From IMG/VR virus record IMGVR_UViG_3300028177_000003, positions 1 to 64,000 of that record: 64,000 nt of DNA. One strand, written 5' to 3'. Made by a program: the position numbers and the translations under genes. This DNA comes from a virus. Positions 61,639 to 64,000 of the stretch are shown here, piece by piece (the stretch's first letter is position 1; every line of letters begins with the position of its first letter). The notes beneath the pieces are model-generated. The model was not told where the DNA came from. It worked only from the letters and a program-made list of their open reading frames with translations, and did not search any database.

Positions 61639-63753
61639 CTACCTCCCACCTTTTCCACCGTATGTGGCGTTCTGGAACACGGGGGTGCGTCCCCGCTTCT
61701 CTCGAGCATCGGGGATGCCCTTCTTCTCGGACATCATGGGTCCAGCCTGGGGGTCCGTCCCGATGGGGTACGGAGCACTGTCCTCGCAAGGTGCGAGCTG
61801 GGGGCTCGTGTAACGAGTCTGCGGCCAGGGCAAACGCTCAAGGGCGGACATAGGCACACTGTACCGAATGTCGCCTGTGTCCAGATATCCGATCTGGAAG
61901 GTCTGCTGTAGGGTCCGTCCCCGGACCTGAGTTCGACGTACCGGACCGATTGAGTATCGCTCGCCGTTCTGCTTGACAATGAAGTCTCGCTGCGATGTCA
62001 TCGGCGAGGGGCCGATCCAGACCTCGTATGCGTGCTCCAGTCGTCGCCCGTTCGGGGTCTGGGTGACTCTACGGTCGGTGTCGTCAGGGCCCACGATGAG
62101 ATTGTAGGGTCCCTCGTAGCCGCCGATCCAGCCTGTGCCGTAGCACATCAAACAGTTGTTCAAGGGCTGCTTGGAGTACGCCTCCAGCCGGGGGTCCCAC
62201 ACGCAATCGCACTTGTTGCCTGTCACCCTGCGAATAAACAGCTTGACCCGCTCCCCGCCCTGGTCCAGAATCCACTGGTTCCTCTTGATGGCCTCCCGCC
62301 ACATGTAGTCGAGCTGCTCCGAGTCCATAGGAGACACAGGAGGACAGTATTCCAGCGGGGTCTCGGATAGCCCTGTGGGACTGGTGCCCGTGGTGTCTAC
62401 AGCTACCGAGGCCACTCGGTAGAACACCTTGTGCCGGTTGTCGAGGGTGTTGTGTAGCTTCGCAGTGCGCTGGTAGAAGTAGCGGACCAGAACCTCGCTG
62501 GTCGCAGAGGGCGTGGGCGGGAGCTCAAAGGCTTCGGTGGCTGGGTTCCAGACCTGTTCCGTAGAGATGTCAATCTCCCCGGTCGGGCCGAACACTCCGG
62601 TCACCACTGCCCTCTCGCCCCCGATGTAGACCTCCACATCAAAAGGTGAGTCGGCAGGGACCGCGTTCCCCTCTCTCTTCACAACAGTGGCGTGCTGCGT
62701 CTTGATGCGCCAGCCCTTGTTGTTCGGGGAGTCACTCTTGAAGACCCAGCCGGTGGACCAGGACACTACCTCAGCCGGGACCTCAACGATGTCAGTGCGA
62801 TCCCTGTAGAACTGTGTTCCCACCGGGACCCGGTTCACTCGGAAGTAGGGTCCCCTGTCCCCCGTGTCAGACCGGTAGATGTTGACCCCGAGAATGGTCC
62901 AGCGAGAGTTGTCTTGCCCGAGGGGACAGGGAGTGCCTGAGCCCCCCTGGGTCGCGGTGCGTGCGGGGAACAAGGTCGCCGAAGTGCTGGAGACTGTAAT
63001 CCCGTTGCCTGTCGTTCCGGAGACAGCTGCCGAGATAAGGACGCATGTCCCTCCCCAGCTGGCAGTCACGTAGGAGAAGGGGTTGTCTGGATCGTTGATA
63101 GCCTCCGCCAGGGACACCCCCGCGTCGTTGATGTCGAAGTCTGATCCTCCGGGAGTGCGCCCCCCGTCAACCGCTGTCAGAGTGTACTGGCCGATGGTCA
63201 GGATCGTGAGGTCGGCTCCCCCAGAGAAGGTAGCCGCTGAGGCGATGATGACAGAAGAGGTAGACACCAGCGCGAAGCTGTTGCCCGCCACTCCAGCTTC
63301 ATCGGCCAGTAGGGTAATGGATGTGCCCGCCGAGGTAGCTGAGGCGATCCCCCAGGCTCCCACGCTGCCGTTGTTGACGGCAGCGGCCAGCTTGGTCGCG
63401 ACTACTGCGGGATCGGTGCTGGAACCGTCAAACTCGTCAGGGTCCGCAGTCTCTGAATCCACAGCTGTGAGAACAACGTCGTCGACTGTAATGGTCGAAC
63501 CGACAGCCACGGGCGCGGACACGACGGTGAGAGTTGCAGTGGCTGCGGCGGCGATGGTCGGAGTGCCGTTGACAACTACTTCCACGACAGCCGTGGTCGA
63601 CGTATCGACTACGGTGTAGTCGGGACCGGTATTGAGATCAGCCGGGTTGTCCCACCGAATGTCCGTGTCGGACAGGTGGAACGCGGACATCGCCGTGGCG
63701 TTTGCAGGGGGCCACGGGAACTGCCCTACCAGAGTCTCGCAGTCAGTTGCCAA
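61639..63753 (-). CDS. Putative neck/head-closure protein with N-terminal repeated beta domains
   Basis: C-terminal GERVKLFIRR..G.KCDC...CLMCYGTGWIGGY...DFIV..NGERY; two tandem T/A/G-rich domains at the N-terminus. Confidence 0.55.
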   Translation of the reverse strand: MATDCETLVGQFPWPPANATAMSAFHLSDTDIRWDNPADLNTGPDYTVVDTSTTAVVEVVVNGTPTIAAAATATLTVVSAPVAVGSTITVDDVVLTAVDSETADPDEFDGSSTDPAVVATKLAAAVNNGSVGAWGIASATSAGTSITLLADEAGVAGNSFALVSTSSVIIASAATFSGGADLTILTIGQYTLTAVDGGRTPGGSDFDINDAGVSLAEAINDPDNPFSYVTASWGGTCVLISAAVSGTTGNGITVSSTSATLFPARTATQGGSGTPCPLGQDNSRWTILGVNIYRSDTGDRGPYFRVNRVPVGTQFYRDRTDIVEVPAEVVSWSTGWVFKSDSPNNKGWRIKTQHATVVKREGNAVPADSPFDVEVYIGGERAVVTGVFGPTGEIDISTEQVWNPATEAFELPPTPSATSEVLVRYFYQRTAKLHNTLDNRHKVFYRVASVAVDTTGTSPTGLSETPLEYCPPVSPMDSEQLDYMWREAIKRNQWILDQGGERVKLFIRRVTGNKCDCVWDPRLEAYSKQPLNNCLMCYGTGWIGGYEGPYNLIVGPDDTDRRVTQTPNGRRLEHAYEVWIGPSPMTSQRDFIVKQNGERYSIGPVRRTQVRGRTLQQTFQIGYLDTGDIRYSVPMSALERLPWPQTRYTSPQLAPCEDSAPYPIGTDPQAGPMMSEKKGIPDAREKRGRTPVFQNATYGGKGGR

Positions 63754-64000
63754 TCATCCTCCGGGTGCGGGACCCAGCGCCACCCCTTCGGGGGTGAGCT
63801 CCCACGGCGTCCCTTCCGGAATGCCCAGGACCTGGGACTCGCTGTTGAGAAGGGCTCTCGTCTGCCCCTCCATCTGCGCGATAGAACGCACCAACTGACT
63901 CTTCCGCACCTCGATCCGCCCGATCTCATAGAGAGCCTGGTGGGTGCTTCCTCGCATGTCGTTGATCTGCTGGTTGACCTCGGGAGAGATCTGTCCGTAG
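63754..64000 (-). CDS. Hypothetical coiled-coil protein, start probably beyond the right edge
   Basis: The frame stays open from 63754 to the window end (...YGQISPEVNQQINDMRGSTHQALYEIGRIE...). Confidence 0.55.
   Translation of the reverse strand, partial: YGQISPEVNQQINDMRGSTHQALYEIGRIEVRKSQLVRSIAQMEGQTRALLNSESQVLGIPEGTPWELTPEGVALGPAPGG

Noticed and set aside
1-64000. Genome-wide stop-codon reassignment (code 4 or 15), suggested by the phage release factor
   Set aside because: Recognisable enzymes and long structural genes are intact in the standard code and end properly at TGA, TAG and TAA; there is no gene fragmentation.

Overview
This window is a GC-rich, gene-dense segment of a large, probably jumbo, contractile-tailed (myovirus-like) bacteriophage genome, coded mostly on the minus strand. 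Left part (1-22.2 kb): a tail/baseplate module. It holds a >2279-codon virion protein that runs off the left edge and is missing from the ORF track, a spike-like protein, a hub, two tube-initiator-like proteins, a tape measure, two chaperone-like genes, and a divergently oriented tail tube gene followed by a GIY-YIG endonuclease. Middle (23-59 kb): an accessory region with an SF2 helicase carrying four C-terminal repeats coupled to a methyltransferase-like gene, Thg1, MazG, a sigma factor, NAD-dependent ligase, a CCA-adding enzyme, Nudix, PLD plus endolysin, Hc1, a cold-shock protein, a DEDDh exonuclease, a tmRNA (tag ANNNNAFRAAA) and many small hypothetical genes. Right end: an actin-like ATPase and neck-like genes. 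The most striking signals are: (1) a domain-1-less release factor with an RF1-type PxT motif, split by a textbook RF2-type +1 frameshift cassette (GGGGG-N3-CTT-TGA-C), alongside a tmRNA/CCA/Thg1 translation-rescue set; (2) a bipartite promoter motif (RGNTTCCC-N13-GRCGTAA) repeated at least 10 times, a candidate late motif and a sigma70-like promoter for the phage sigma gene; (3) two genes sharing a 36-aa N-terminal leader fused to unrelated C-termini; (4) the helicase-repeat/methyltransferase pair; and (5) chains of structural genes in one reading frame separated only by single stop codons. All product calls come from motif recognition by eye; no database searches were run.
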